From positions 1 to 64,000 of the forward strand of contig CAYQCW010000007.1 of NCBI GenBank assembly GCA_964416155.1: a stretch of DNA of 64,000 nucleotides, read 5' to 3'. The position numbers and the translations under genes were made by a program. The notes beneath the pieces are model-generated. The model was not told the DNA's origin, did not search any database, and worked only from the letters and a program-made list of their open reading frames with translations. This DNA is from an uncultured Nitrososphaerota archaeon. Lineage in GTDB: Archaea; Thermoproteota; EX4484-205; JAAOZP01. This document shows, in pieces, positions 18,424 through 28,911 of the stretch (the stretch's first letter is position 1; each line of letters begins with the position of its first letter).

Positions 18424-19295
18424 TGGGCCTCGGGCTGGAAGATTTCTCCACGTATGCGCGGAACACATGGTGTCCCGGGTGTGGAAACTTCGGAATCGAG
18501 AGGGCTGCTAAACTCGCTTTCGCCGAACTTGTGAACGAGGGAAAGATAAGAAGGGAGAACATAGTGGTGGCGACGGGAATAGGCTGTCATGGGAAGATCG
18601 CGGACTACATTAACGTTAACTCGTTCTATTCTCTGCATGGCAGAGCAATAGCGCCGGCGGTCGGGATTAAGCTGGCTAACCCGATGCTTGAAGTCTTAGC
18701 GTTTGTCGGAGACGGGGACGCTTTGGGGGAGGGCTTGGAGCACACTGTTTTTTCCGCTAAGAGAAACGTCGACATGACTGTTATTGTTCACGATAACAGG
18801 GTGTATGCTTTGACCACGGGCCAGTTTACACCAACGTCTCCGAAAGGGTTTAGAGGAGGCTCGACGCCGAGAGGAGCCCCTGAGGAGCCTTTAAACCCGA
18901 TTGAGCTGATGCTTGTCAGTGGGGCGACGCTCGTAGCTAGAGCATACACTGTAAACCTGAATCATACGAAAGAACTGGTTAAGCAGGCAATGCTGCACAG
19001 GGGCTTTGCTTTCATAGATGTGCTTCAGCCATGCTACACTTTCTTCGACACGTATAAGTACTACGGGTCGAGAGTGTATGATCTTCAGAAGGAGGGTCAT
19101 GATTACGCTGACTGGGATGCGGCCATGGCTAAGGCGAGGGAGTGGAACTATGGTGGCGAAGAGGCGGAGAGAATCCCTATCGGGATATTCTTTAAAGCTG
19201 ATAGACCTACTTACGAGGAGATTATACTGGCTGGGAAGAACCTGCGCGACGCATCCGTGTCAAACATCAGTAGAATCCTGCAACGCCATACTTAG
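18423..19295 (+). CDS. 2-oxoacid:ferredoxin oxidoreductase subunit beta
   Basis: TWCPGCGNF, GIGCH, LHGRA, GDGD TPP motif, YALTTGQ. Confidence 0.93.
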   Translation: MGLGLEDFSTYARNTWCPGCGNFGIERAAKLAFAELVNEGKIRRENIVVATGIGCHGKIADYINVNSFYSLHGRAIAPAVGIKLANPMLEVLAFVGDGDALGEGLEHTVFSAKRNVDMTVIVHDNRVYALTTGQFTPTSPKGFRGGSTPRGAPEEPLNPIELMLVSGATLVARAYTVNLNHTKELVKQAMLHRGFAFIDVLQPCYTFFDTYKYYGSRVYDLQKEGHDYADWDAAMAKAREWNYGGEEAERIPIGIFFKADRPTYEEIILAGKNLRDASVSNISRILQRHT

Positions 19296-19321
19296 ATCTT
19301 CATTAATATGCTTTTAAACCG

Positions 19322-19985
19322 TTAACTCGGGAACCTACTCATCATCTCATCGAGATCTATTCTTCTCTTCATGAAGTATTCGGCATTACCTGTGCTCACA
19401 TATTGCGGACCGAAGATTAACATTGCCTTTCCCTCTCCGAGTGAGAGCAGCACTTTCGGGAAATCAAGCGGATAGTCTATTTTATGAGTGGTTCCCGGCT
19501 CTTCGCCTTTAAGTATAGAGCTTATGTTTTTCGCGACTGCCACTGCCTGCCCCAAGGCCTCAGCCGCCATTTTCTGAGCAACGCTTCCGCTAATGCTGAC
19601 GTAAGCAGCGTCACTATCGCGAAAGCATCGCTTCTCCCCTTTATCAGAAGCCTCTGGTCGACTTCAATATATTCGTCACGTAGGCTTGCGCCACGTATGT
19701 TAGACGCAAGGTCTGAAGCCTTCACGCCGCCGGACCATATCGTGAAGTCGGATTCAAGCTCATCGCCGTCTTCGAGTATAACTCTGTCTTCACCACTATG
19801 ATACTCGGATGATCAGGGGCTAGCTGTTTCAACTCGTGGTTTATGCGTTCGAAATCTGAGATCCTGTAGCTGGTAACCGCCGAGCCAGTGCCTTTAACGT
19901 TGTAAAAATTGGGAGCAGAGCCGGTGGCAACAACCAGCATGTCATAGCTTCTTTGACTGTTCTCCAGCCTAACTATCTTCTCGCC
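19322..19985 (-). pseudogene. FAD-dependent oxidoreductase (NDH-2/SQR-like) remnant
   Basis: Fragments YDMLVVATGS, YIEVDQRLLIKGRSDAFAI, MAAEALGQAVAVAKNI in different frames; N-terminus missing. Confidence 0.7.
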
Positions 19986-20026
19986 TAGGGGGAAATTGTT
20001 TTATTTAAGAGTAGGTTGGTCTCAGC

Positions 20027-21424
20027 ATGCTTGGAAGCATGCTGAGTAAACGTGAGATTGAGAAGGTTCACGGGGCTGCCCTTCAGATTTTGCAGGAGAT
20101 AGGAGTGATGTTTGAAAGCTTTGAGGCGCTTCAGGTTTTGAAGGCTAACGGTGCTGAGGTCAAGGGGAGTGTCGCGCATATTCCCGAGGAGTTGGTTAGA
20201 GAGTGTTTGAAGAAGACTCCTTCCTCCATCAGCCTCTACGATCTGGATGGGAGGTTAAGATGCAGGCTTGAGGATGATAATGTTTACTTCAACCCGGGTT
20301 CAACGGCAAGCTGGTATATTGATGAGTATGGTGAAAGGAGGAGGCCGTTTTACAGGGATATGGTCAGGTTTTCCAAGGTTGTTGAGAAACTGCCCTTCCT
20401 GCATATGCAGAGCACAGCCCTCGTTGTCCAGGATGTTGAAGAGGATCTGCGCGCCGTCTCAAGGCTTCAAGCCGTTTTAGAATCTTCCAAGAAGCCGGTT
20501 GTCACAGGTGTTTTCAAGGAGGATGATTTTGAGAGGATGATTAGGCTTCTCTCAAGGTTTACTGATCCGAGCAGGCCGGTCGCGATTTTCGACGCCTGCC
20601 CGAACAGCCCTCTACGATGGAGCAGTCATTTAAGCCACAGCATAGTTGAGTGCGCGAGGAATAATATTCCTTCAACAATCATATCCATGCCTATTCCCTT
20701 CGTCTGCTCTCCCCCGACTCTCGCCGGAAGCCTTGTCCAGCATCATGCTGAGAACCTTAGCGGGATTGTGCTGGCTGAGTGCGCCGCGCCCGGGGCCAAA
20801 GTCGTCTACGGAGGCTCACCCTCCCTGCTGGGCAAGACTCCTTTAATGAGCCACCCCGGGGTTTTGAAGCTTATCCTAGCCTACAACCAGATTGGTAAAT
20901 ACTTCGGGATTCCTACTCACGCCTACCTCGGCGTGTCTGACTCTCTGACGGTTGACGAGAGGGCTTTCGTCGAGTCAGCCTACTGTTTAACAATAGGTAG
21001 GGAGGCTGGGGTGAACGTGGTGTCAGGGCCAGGGATGCTTGAGGGCGAGAAGACCCAGAGTATTCTAAAGCTGGTTATTGACAGCCTTATCTGTGAAAAC
21101 TCTTTCACCCGGGGGTCACCGCTGGTAAACAGTGTTCTTGAAACGGTGGATTCGACGGATGTTTACTCCTACCGTTCCACGCTGGAGAAGGAGGTTGAGG
21201 TGGATGAGGATACTCTTTGCCTCGGGCTGATTAAGGAGGTTGGCCCAGGCGGGAGTTATTTAAAGCCAAACTACGTAAAAGAATACTATAAGACTTTCAG
21301 CAGAGAGTTCTCAAGGCCCTCTATTGGAGATTTTCAGCAAGAATCTTTGAGAGAATTGTTCGAAAAAGCAAGAGAGGAAGCATCGTCATTCCTTACAGAA
21401 ACCTTAGAAGCCATTAACTTTTAA
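20027..21424 (+). CDS. Trimethylamine methyltransferase (MttB) superfamily protein, non-pyrrolysine
   Basis: LS..EIEKVHGAALQILQEIG, PPTLAGSLVQHHAENLSG, PGAKVVYG, GVSDS, IKEVGPGGSYL; no in-frame TAG. Confidence 0.88.
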   Translation: MLGSMLSKREIEKVHGAALQILQEIGVMFESFEALQVLKANGAEVKGSVAHIPEELVRECLKKTPSSISLYDLDGRLRCRLEDDNVYFNPGSTASWYIDEYGERRRPFYRDMVRFSKVVEKLPFLHMQSTALVVQDVEEDLRAVSRLQAVLESSKKPVVTGVFKEDDFERMIRLLSRFTDPSRPVAIFDACPNSPLRWSSHLSHSIVECARNNIPSTIISMPIPFVCSPPTLAGSLVQHHAENLSGIVLAECAAPGAKVVYGGSPSLLGKTPLMSHPGVLKLILAYNQIGKYFGIPTHAYLGVSDSLTVDERAFVESAYCLTIGREAGVNVVSGPGMLEGEKTQSILKLVIDSLICENSFTRGSPLVNSVLETVDSTDVYSYRSTLEKEVEVDEDTLCLGLIKEVGPGGSYLKPNYVKEYYKTFSREFSRPSIGDFQQESLRELFEKAREEASSFLTETLEAINF

Positions 21425-21556
21425 ACATGGAAAGAAAGAGGGTTCAAGGGGCGTTAGAAAAACAAGCATCAATATTCTCCGATGTTTTAGAGTATTACAG
21501 TAGATGGCTAAACGAATGATGAATAAGTTTATTTGTCCTTTCCGTTTTCTAAAGAC

Positions 21557-23191
21557 ATGGGGAATCTAAGCAATAGTGTTGATAATCGCGCTGCTTCAGA
21601 CCTACCCATCTATAATGTGAAAAGCTTCGGTGCAACTGGAAAAAAGGACGACAACGCTCAAAAAGCAATACAGAAGGCCATTGAAGCATGTGCTGCAACC
21701 GATGGGGGTTTAGTGTATTTTCCTCCGGGAGACTACCCTTCAGGAAAAATATGTCTTTGGAGAAATGTCCGGCTTCATCTTGAGGCTGGATCCAGGGTGT
21801 ACGCGTTGAAAGAGGAGGTTAAAACCGGAGATGAATCGGAACTTAAGAACGCTTTGATATTCGGAGAGCATTTGGAGAACGTCACGATAGAGGGTTGCGG
21901 TACTCTAGACGGGCAAGCAGAGTATGTCTGGCGTTTGGATGATTTTGAAGACGACTTCATCAGACCCAACAAGGAGCTTATGCTCTCTCTTGGAAAACCC
22001 GTCTTACGCTCCTTTCCCAAAGATATGTATGGGAGGAAGAAACTCATCCTTTTGCTCAACTGCAAAAACGTCAGGATCTCGGGCATATCTTTAGTAAACT
22101 CCCCCTCTTGGACGCTCAATCTTTACGGGTGTGAACGAACAGTTATCGACGGCGTCTACATATACAGCAGCCTTAAAGAAGGTGTTTGGGCTGACGGAAT
22201 CGATCCTGACGGTTGCAAGGATTTGCGAATCGCAAACTGTACAGTTGAGACTGGTGACGATGCTCTCGTATTTTATTCGATGAACTGGTTTGGCCCTGCC
22301 CTTCCGTGCGAGGACATCACTGTGACGAACTGTCGGTTGACTTCAGCTTCCAGCGCCATAAAATTTTGCGATGGTAACATGAACTGCATACGCAACGTAA
22401 CTATCGATAACTGTGTTGTAGTAGGGGCAAACAGGGGCATAGCCTTCATGGACTTTGACGGCGGTTATGTGAGCGACGTAGTTCTATCAAATCTGGTGGT
22501 GGATTGCACGAGGCATGACTGGTTCTGGTGGGGCGACGGCGACCCGATACACTTCAACATTAAGCGGAGGAGTGAAGTCCACAAGAACGTAAAACCAGGC
22601 ACTGATGCCCCAGCAGGGGTAATCCGTCGAGTCCATATTAAGAACGTGATAGCCAGAGGCAAGGGTTCTAGCATCTGCAACGGGCATCCTGACAGTTGGC
22701 TTGAAGACATAACCATCGAAAACATGAAGCTCTACATATCCTCAGACCCGAAGGCACCCTACGAGAAATCCGTCCACTGCCTTCAGTTCCAGTGGGCCAA
22801 GAATTTGAAGCTGAAGGACGTGGAGGTTTTCTGGTGTGAACCAGAATCGTCGACTTGGGAAAGCGCACTCTTCCTAAAGAACGTAAAGGGTCTTGTGCTC
22901 GAGAGTTTTAAAGGCCGCCAGGCAAAGCTGGGCTCTGAAGCCCCTGCAGTCAGGCTGGAACAAGTCGAAGGCGCCGTGATTCGCGGTTGCGTAGCACCTG
23001 AGGGGACAACAATCTTCCTGCAAATCAGTGGAGACAAAACAAAAGATATCCTGCTCATAGGAAACGATTTTCATCATGCTAAAGCACCGTGTAGGCTTGA
23101 AGAGAACGTTGAAAAAGACTCCGTCCGCGAGATCTTCAACGTGTTTGGAGGGAAGCAGCCTCTTTCCTCGCCGGAGTCGAAGAGTAGCTGA
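21557..23191 (+). CDS. Glycoside hydrolase family 28-like beta-helix protein
   Basis: YNVKSFGA, AIQKAIEAC..GGLVYFPPG, ADGIDPDGC, TGDDAL, SAIKF. Confidence 0.85.
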   Translation: MGNLSNSVDNRAASDLPIYNVKSFGATGKKDDNAQKAIQKAIEACAATDGGLVYFPPGDYPSGKICLWRNVRLHLEAGSRVYALKEEVKTGDESELKNALIFGEHLENVTIEGCGTLDGQAEYVWRLDDFEDDFIRPNKELMLSLGKPVLRSFPKDMYGRKKLILLLNCKNVRISGISLVNSPSWTLNLYGCERTVIDGVYIYSSLKEGVWADGIDPDGCKDLRIANCTVETGDDALVFYSMNWFGPALPCEDITVTNCRLTSASSAIKFCDGNMNCIRNVTIDNCVVVGANRGIAFMDFDGGYVSDVVLSNLVVDCTRHDWFWWGDGDPIHFNIKRRSEVHKNVKPGTDAPAGVIRRVHIKNVIARGKGSSICNGHPDSWLEDITIENMKLYISSDPKAPYEKSVHCLQFQWAKNLKLKDVEVFWCEPESSTWESALFLKNVKGLVLESFKGRQAKLGSEAPAVRLEQVEGAVIRGCVAPEGTTIFLQISGDKTKDILLIGNDFHHAKAPCRLEENVEKDSVREIFNVFGGKQPLSSPESKSS

Positions 23192-23299
23192 CTCGGGATC
23201 AATCCGGATTCGGCTAAACGTGTGGAAAACGTTTTCGAAAGGCATGGGGAGAAAAATTTCCCCCAGCACGTGGGGGAAACGTTTTTATCTGTAGGCTTC

Positions 23300-23608
23300 A
23301 TGGTTAGCTTAGGATTGGGGTGGGTTAGGGTTCTCTGTTTTTCAACGTTTTATTTCCTGCTGTTTCTTGTTAACGTTCTGGTTTTCACGCTTAACAGGTA
23401 TGCCGGGTCGGCGGAGGCGGCGTACTATGCTCCCGCCCTTTCGAGGCTTTTCTAGCCATGTTTTTCGAGCTTGGCCGGAACCCTGTCCTCATTCTGGGCG
23501 TGCTGCAGATTCTGGCTTACTCTTTCATCCTAGGTTTCGCGACGGAGCGGGTTTATGTTTTTCTCCAGAAGCTTTTCCGTTTACGCGCGCAGCGGGAGAA
23601 GGGTTAAG
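23300..23608 (+). pseudogene. Small membrane protein, frameshifted
   Basis: Two hydrophobic segments in different frames joined near 23440. Confidence 0.4.
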
Positions 23609-23793
23609 CATTCTTTCGGGAGGCGGATGATTCTTAAGGCTTGTTGCTGAATGCGGCGTAGACTATGGTTCTTGATCCTCGAAGGGTTATGTGTGCCTTA
23701 GAGCTCGCCGTAGACTGGCTGCTTCACGACCCGGAAAATACGGGATAGCTTTAAATACGCTTCTAGGCTTGGAGCAGGTGGGAGGCGGGATTA

Positions 23794-24264
23794 TTGTCCG
23801 GATACCGTTACAGTAGGCCAGTTCTCTTGGAGATGGCTATTGCGGCAGAAGAATCAGCTAAAACCTTCTACTCCGCCTTAAGCCGGAGGTTCCCGGAGCA
23901 CTCGGCTTTTTTCAACCAGCTTGCTGGAGACGAGGAGCAGCACGCTAAGACGTATAGGGGGCTCTTATCAGGAGGGGAGACCTATTCTTCCGGGGAGGAG
24001 CGCACGCTGGCGGACCGCTATATTCAGGCTTTAGAGACTTCCGGCTTAGTCAGCAGCCTTAGAAAAGGGGCGGAGAGGGCGGGGGAAGCTGCGGATTTAA
24101 AGTCGGCTATGCAGGCTGCTGTCCAGATGGAGAAAGACACCGTGCTTCTATACCATTCGATAGCGATGGTGGCTGGGAGAGAAGACAGGCTGAAAATATA
24201 TGGGATAATAGATGTGGAGTTAAGCCACCTGGCTAAGATTGAAAGGCTTCTTAAGACGGTGTGA
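23794..24264 (+). CDS. Ferritin-like/rubrerythrin family protein
   Basis: AIAAEE..FY, LAGDEEQH, AVQMEKDT, IIDVELSH diiron pattern. Confidence 0.85.
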   Translation: MSGYRYSRPVLLEMAIAAEESAKTFYSALSRRFPEHSAFFNQLAGDEEQHAKTYRGLLSGGETYSSGEERTLADRYIQALETSGLVSSLRKGAERAGEAADLKSAMQAAVQMEKDTVLLYHSIAMVAGREDRLKIYGIIDVELSHLAKIERLLKTV

Positions 24265-24319
24265 AGCAGAAGCAAGAGTTTTAACGCGTAGCGTTTTTCA
24301 AGTCTCTTAGCATCTTGGA

Positions 24320-25214
24320 CAGTAGTGGATGCTTCCACCCAAGTATGCTTCCCTAACTATGGTTTCTACGCGGACTGGGCATGGTTTGCCCACCGTGTTC
24401 CTGCTGAGCATCGTCCTGTATCCTCCGGGTCTACCGTAAAGTTCTGTCTCGCACGCTATGCCTCTCGACGTCTATGCTTCAGTCAGGTCTAGGAAAACGG
24501 TGGATGAGCGTGTCGCCAGGCTCGGCTGGAGCGTCAGGAATCTAGACGATTACTTGGGGATGGTTAGGGAGGGCTTAAGTGGAGGAGCGGGGGCGTGGTG
24601 GGGCTCAAAATGTCCTTCTACAGGTATTTGAAACCCAGCAGGAGTAGGGCTGTAGCATTGTTCGACGCGTTGACGCGAAACAGTGGGAAAGAGCTTCCCC
24701 TCATGAACCCGCTCTACTGCTTCCTTGTCGACGAGATTCTGAAAATAGCTGGTGAGCTAAACATGGTTGTCGCCGTCCACACCGGAATGCGGGGCGATTT
24801 CAGAGACCTGGACCCGCAGCACATGATCCCAGTTTTCCGGAGGCATCCGGCTACAAGGTTCGACGTGTATCATCTGGGCGTCCCCTACGTTAGGAAGGCA
24901 ATCATAATCGGGAAGAACTTTCCAAACGTCTGACTAAACATGTGCTGGTGCCACGTGATATCCCAGAGACTTGCGTGCACGGGCTCTCGACGAGATGATT
25001 GACCTCGTGCCGGTGAACAAGATCATAGCGTTCGGCGGCGACTACGAGATACCGGTTGAGAAGGTTTACGGCCACCTCGTCATGGCGCGAAGACGTGGCT
25101 AGGGTTCTGGGAAGGCGTGTCAAAGAAGGCTTCATGACTGAGAACGAGGCTGTGGAGCTAGCTAAAATGTGGTTCTACGAGAGCCCTAGAAACCTGTACC
25201 AGCTTAAGGTTTAA
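24320..25214 (+). pseudogene. Amidohydrolase-family protein, fragmented
   Basis: VVDA, VAVHTG, FDVYHLGVPY, FPNV then stop, NKIIAFGGDY in another frame. Confidence 0.7.
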
Positions 25215-25292
25215 AGAGGCAGCGGATGCTTAGAAAACTGACTCCTAAGAGAGCCCAGCCCCGTATCGGAGCACACGCTATTATTGAAGGGC

Positions 25293-26140
25293 TTACGATA
25301 GTGTTTTCTCCGCTTCCTTCAGCATGCTGACAACAGGGAGGTGGTATGGGCATTTTTTCTCGCATTCGCCGCATTCCGTGCAGCTATTCGCTTTTGTCGG
25401 TAGCTTCGGATACTGGTCCCGGGTCCACTTCTTTATACCGTAGAAATTATAGTAAACGCTCCACCTTAGAATCGTAGGTATGTTGATTCCCTCGGTGCAA
25501 GGCACGCATAGTCTGCATTCCCTGCAGAAGGGTTCGGGAGGAAGCATCCCAAACCTGTAGGCTTCTTTCTCGCCGGGAGTGAGGCCGTCGAAGCTATCCG
25601 CTACTTGAACAGCCCAGTCTACCTCCTCTTTGGAGCGAAGCCCAGGGATAACCGTGTCAATATCGTGTGCCAGCACGAATCTCAGGCAGCGCTGAGCCCT
25701 CTCCAAACCGTCTCTCCCGAAATAAGTGATGAACTCTGAGGTGTCAGGCCAGTCCAGCTCCGGCTTGCCTAGGAACCAGACTCCGCCCTGGGGATACTGC
25801 AATGGGCCTCCGCATCCACCTATCGGCTTCATTATCACCACCCCCACGTCAAGCTTTTTCGCAAGCGGTATTAACTCCTCAACAGCCCTTCTCTCAAGAA
25901 TATTGAGGCACCTGAACCGTGTCGAACTCGCCTGACATTAATGCCTTTGTCAAAAAATATGGGGCGTGTCCGGTTATCCCTATATGGCTTATCTTGCCCT
26001 GCGACCTAGCTTCTTTCAGAGCGTTCAGCGCGCCGTCTGGATCAGTAACCATCGAAAGCTCCCCCTCGCTTTCAACCATGTGCAGCTGGACAATATCAAA
26101 CGGAAAGTTTTGGTTGAGGACGTTTTCTAACGGTGGCTTT
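25293..26140 (-). pseudogene. Aldo/keto reductase with C-terminal 4Fe-4S domain, truncated and frameshifted
   Basis: IVQLH, GKISHIGITGH, FDTVQVP in one frame; GVVIMKPIGG, TVIPG, CRECRLCVPC, CTECGECEKKCP in another; 5' end missing. Confidence 0.75.
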
Positions 26141-26207
26141 GAGCCCCCGGCCTAAGACTAAACTACGTAGGGGGTTGAGAAAAAAGACGGGGGCTGCTTG
26201 CTTCCTG

Positions 26208-27374
26208 TTACTTGTTTTTTCCTTTAGCCTTCCCCTTGCCGTTGCCCTTCCCCTGGCCGGCGTCGGTTTCCTCCTCAACCGTTTCCGTTACTGGAGCTGT
26301 TTTGCCTTTTCCTTTCCCCTTGGTACCCATGTCGGAGATCGTTGTCTCCATTTTCTCTATGAGCTCCTCGGCTTGAGCTATAAGCTGGTCGGCGGTCTCC
26401 TCGTCTATGTGCTTGCCCTTCTGGGCTTCAACATGGTGGATTAACGCCTTCAGGTTGTTCACGGCTGCGTTAAGCATGTTCGCAGCAGTATGGTTCTTAT
26501 CCGCCTCAACCCATTTCATGAACTGCTCTATCTTCTTCGTGACCACGTTCACCTTCTGAGTCAGGCTGACGTTTATTCCAACGACGTCCGCGTTGATCGT
26601 AGCATTCAGAGCCCTGAGCTCCCGGAAGATTGCTTCAGCCCTGGCTGCCATGGTGGCGTTCACCCGGAATTCTGTTAGGGCTAGCAGGACGCCTTTTTCA
26701 GGCTCAGTATTGTTGTAGGCTTTTGCAACGTATGTTCCATCCGGAGCGTCTAAGGGTATTGTCCAGTTTACCTCGTCCACTCCCACGGGTATTGAGCCGT
26801 CCTCCGATGAGATGAAAGGCAGCTCAGCCAGGACCTCCTCCCCGAACATTATCTTTATCACGTAGCTTGTTCCACTCGGCGTGTAGCCATTTCCTGAGAA
26901 AACCACTGTCTCCTCAACTATGTACTCATCCTTATCAGTGTGCAGGGTTGCAGCGTTCACATTGAACTCTACACTGGCCACTTCCTGCTCGTAGGTTTCA
27001 GGGTTTTCAGGGTCAGTTATATTGTAGACTATTGCCTCGTATAGTCCGCTGGGCACGCCCACCGGTATAGGCCACTCGGCACTGATTAATCCCTCTTCTG
27101 TTGGTGTTAACTCATCTATGGTTCCATAGGTTTCGCCGTCCTTAGTAATGTTCAGCCGGTAGGTTCCGCTGGGTAAATAGCCTTCTCCTGAGAAAACGAC
27201 TGTTTCCCCTACTACGTAGCTTTCCCTATCCGTGGAGAGGGTTGGGTCTGTATTCTCCGCGGGCTCCTGGCTCTGCTGTTGGAAGAATAGGCCTGCCGGG
27301 TTGGCCTGTGCTAATGCGAGTATTGTTACTGCAGCCAGGAGGAGGCTTACCGTGATGATCCTCGTTCTCCTCAT
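26208..27374 (-). CDS. Secreted acidic protein with two tandem Ig-like repeats, FIMAH-like helical domain and GK-rich tail
   Basis: Signal peptide; TLSTDRESYVVGETVVFSG and TLHTDKDEYIVEETVVFSG; LKALIHHVEAQKGKHIDEETADQLI. Confidence 0.7.
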   Translation of the reverse strand: MRRTRIITVSLLLAAVTILALAQANPAGLFFQQQSQEPAENTDPTLSTDRESYVVGETVVFSGEGYLPSGTYRLNITKDGETYGTIDELTPTEEGLISAEWPIPVGVPSGLYEAIVYNITDPENPETYEQEVASVEFNVNAATLHTDKDEYIVEETVVFSGNGYTPSGTSYVIKIMFGEEVLAELPFISSEDGSIPVGVDEVNWTIPLDAPDGTYVAKAYNNTEPEKGVLLALTEFRVNATMAARAEAIFRELRALNATINADVVGINVSLTQKVNVVTKKIEQFMKWVEADKNHTAANMLNAAVNNLKALIHHVEAQKGKHIDEETADQLIAQAEELIEKMETTISDMGTKGKGKGKTAPVTETVEEETDAGQGKGNGKGKAKGKNK

Positions 27375-27776
27375 CGGTGTTCGCAAGAAAAGCCTCTAAG
27401 GGGCTTCTAATAAGCGTTTTAACGTTTTTCAGAGAAATTTCTTGAAAAAAGACTTTACTTTGGTTCAGAAAGGTTCATAATGGTTCTTTTCTCTGAAAAA
27501 GCTTTTGGAAATACTTCAATCTGAGAGAGAAGCGTTTATCGGCTCTCCCAGTTAACCCTTCTCCCCCGGGCCCTGTTTAACCATGGGGAGGGCGGGCAGC
27601 CATTTTCTCCATCGGTTATGCAAGATTGTTTCACCGCCTTAAAAAAGAGGCTTTTGAGCATGTTGATGCAGGCTTGAAGCGAGACTCCATGCCCAGGGAC
27701 TTTCCCCATCCTGTTTCACACTGGTCTGGGGGGAAGACTTATCTCCAGCCGTGCCTCAACCTGCACGATGAGGCCC

Positions 27777-28499
27777 ATGAGAAGGATTCGTGTAACTGTT
27801 TGGAACGAGTTTCTGCACGAGAAGCAGGACCCTAGGATTGCTGAGATCTACCCAGACGGGATGCATAGTGTTATAGCGAGTTTCCTCCGCAGCCAGGGTT
27901 TCGAAACCAGGACTGCGACGCTGAGCGAGCCTGAGCACGGTCTAACCGAGGATGTTTCGAATAATACTGATGTTTTAATCTGGTGGGGCCACATGGCTCA
28001 CAACAGGGTTGACGACGGTGTTGTTGAAAGGGTTTACCGGAGGATTGTTAACGAGGGCATGGGGCTCATCGCCCTGCATTCAGCGCATCTCTCCAAGGTT
28101 TTTAGGCGTCTAATGGGTACCCCGTGCAACGTTAAATGGAGGGAGGCTGGGGAGCGGGAGAGGATATGGGTTGTCGGGGGAGGCCACCCTATTGCCGAGG
28201 GCCTGGGCGACTATTTCGAGGTTGAGCATGAGGAGATGTATGGTGAGCCGTTTGAAATTCCTCAGCCGGATGAGCTTGTCTTCATAAGCTGGTTTAAGGG
28301 CGGCGAGGTTTTCAGGAGTGGCTGCTGCTTCCACAGGGGCCTTGGCAAGATATTCTACTTCAGGCCTGGCCACGAGACCTATCCGACTTACTACGATTCT
28401 AATGTTCTCAGGGTTATTGGGAACGCTGTGAAATGGTGCGCCCCAGTTGAAAGGCCTAGGCCTGTTCACGGCAACGTTAAGCCGCTGGAACCTCTTTAA
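27777..28499 (+). CDS. thuA: Trehalose utilization protein ThuA
   Basis: [47 protein letters not shown]. Confidence 0.92.
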   Translation: MRRIRVTVWNEFLHEKQDPRIAEIYPDGMHSVIASFLRSQGFETRTATLSEPEHGLTEDVSNNTDVLIWWGHMAHNRVDDGVVERVYRRIVNEGMGLIALHSAHLSKVFRRLMGTPCNVKWREAGERERIWVVGGGHPIAEGLGDYFEVEHEEMYGEPFEIPQPDELVFISWFKGGEVFRSGCCFHRGLGKIFYFRPGHETYPTYYDSNVLRVIGNAVKWCAPVERPRPVHGNVKPLEPL

Positions 28500-28522
28500 C
28501 AGGCTTCCGTATTCCGCGAGAG

Positions 28523-28855
28523 TTAAGGGTGTTTCTCCAAGTATTGCAGGAGACTAGCCTGCCCCGCGGGGCTACGTGAAAGCTTCGCCGCCAGAGTGTA
28601 GAATCTTCTCGCCAGAGAGATTCTCGTAGCCCTGTGTTGATCCCCGTCTAGGCCAAGCTCTTCCTGTAGGAAGGAGTGTAGAAGCTGCTGGACCGCGACG
28701 CCTTCGCTCCTCCTGGTTTCAACGTATTTCAGGAAGGCTTTGAAAAGCGTTTTCGAGCATTCCCTCATCCTCCTGACGTTCTCCTCCGCCTGGAGCCTGA
28801 GCTCCCCGTAGGTTTCAGCGACGCGTCTAACGTCTTCATGCAGATTCCCACTCAA
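28523..28855 (-). CDS. Hypothetical protein
   Basis: 110-aa helical ORF co-oriented downstream of proteasome beta. Confidence 0.5.
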   Translation of the reverse strand: MSGNLHEDVRRVAETYGELRLQAEENVRRMRECSKTLFKAFLKYVETRRSEGVAVQQLLHSFLQEELGLDGDQHRATRISLARRFYTLAAKLSRSPAGQASLLQYLEKHP

Positions 28856-28911
28856 GCCTGTTTAGAATGTTTTTAAAACTGTTTTAAGCCCCAACCGGCG
28901 CGCCGGGTTTT

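Noticed and set aside
23255-23280. Hairpin TTTCCCCCA/TGGGGGAAA
   Set aside because: Single isolated palindrome; could be an operator or terminator but has no further support
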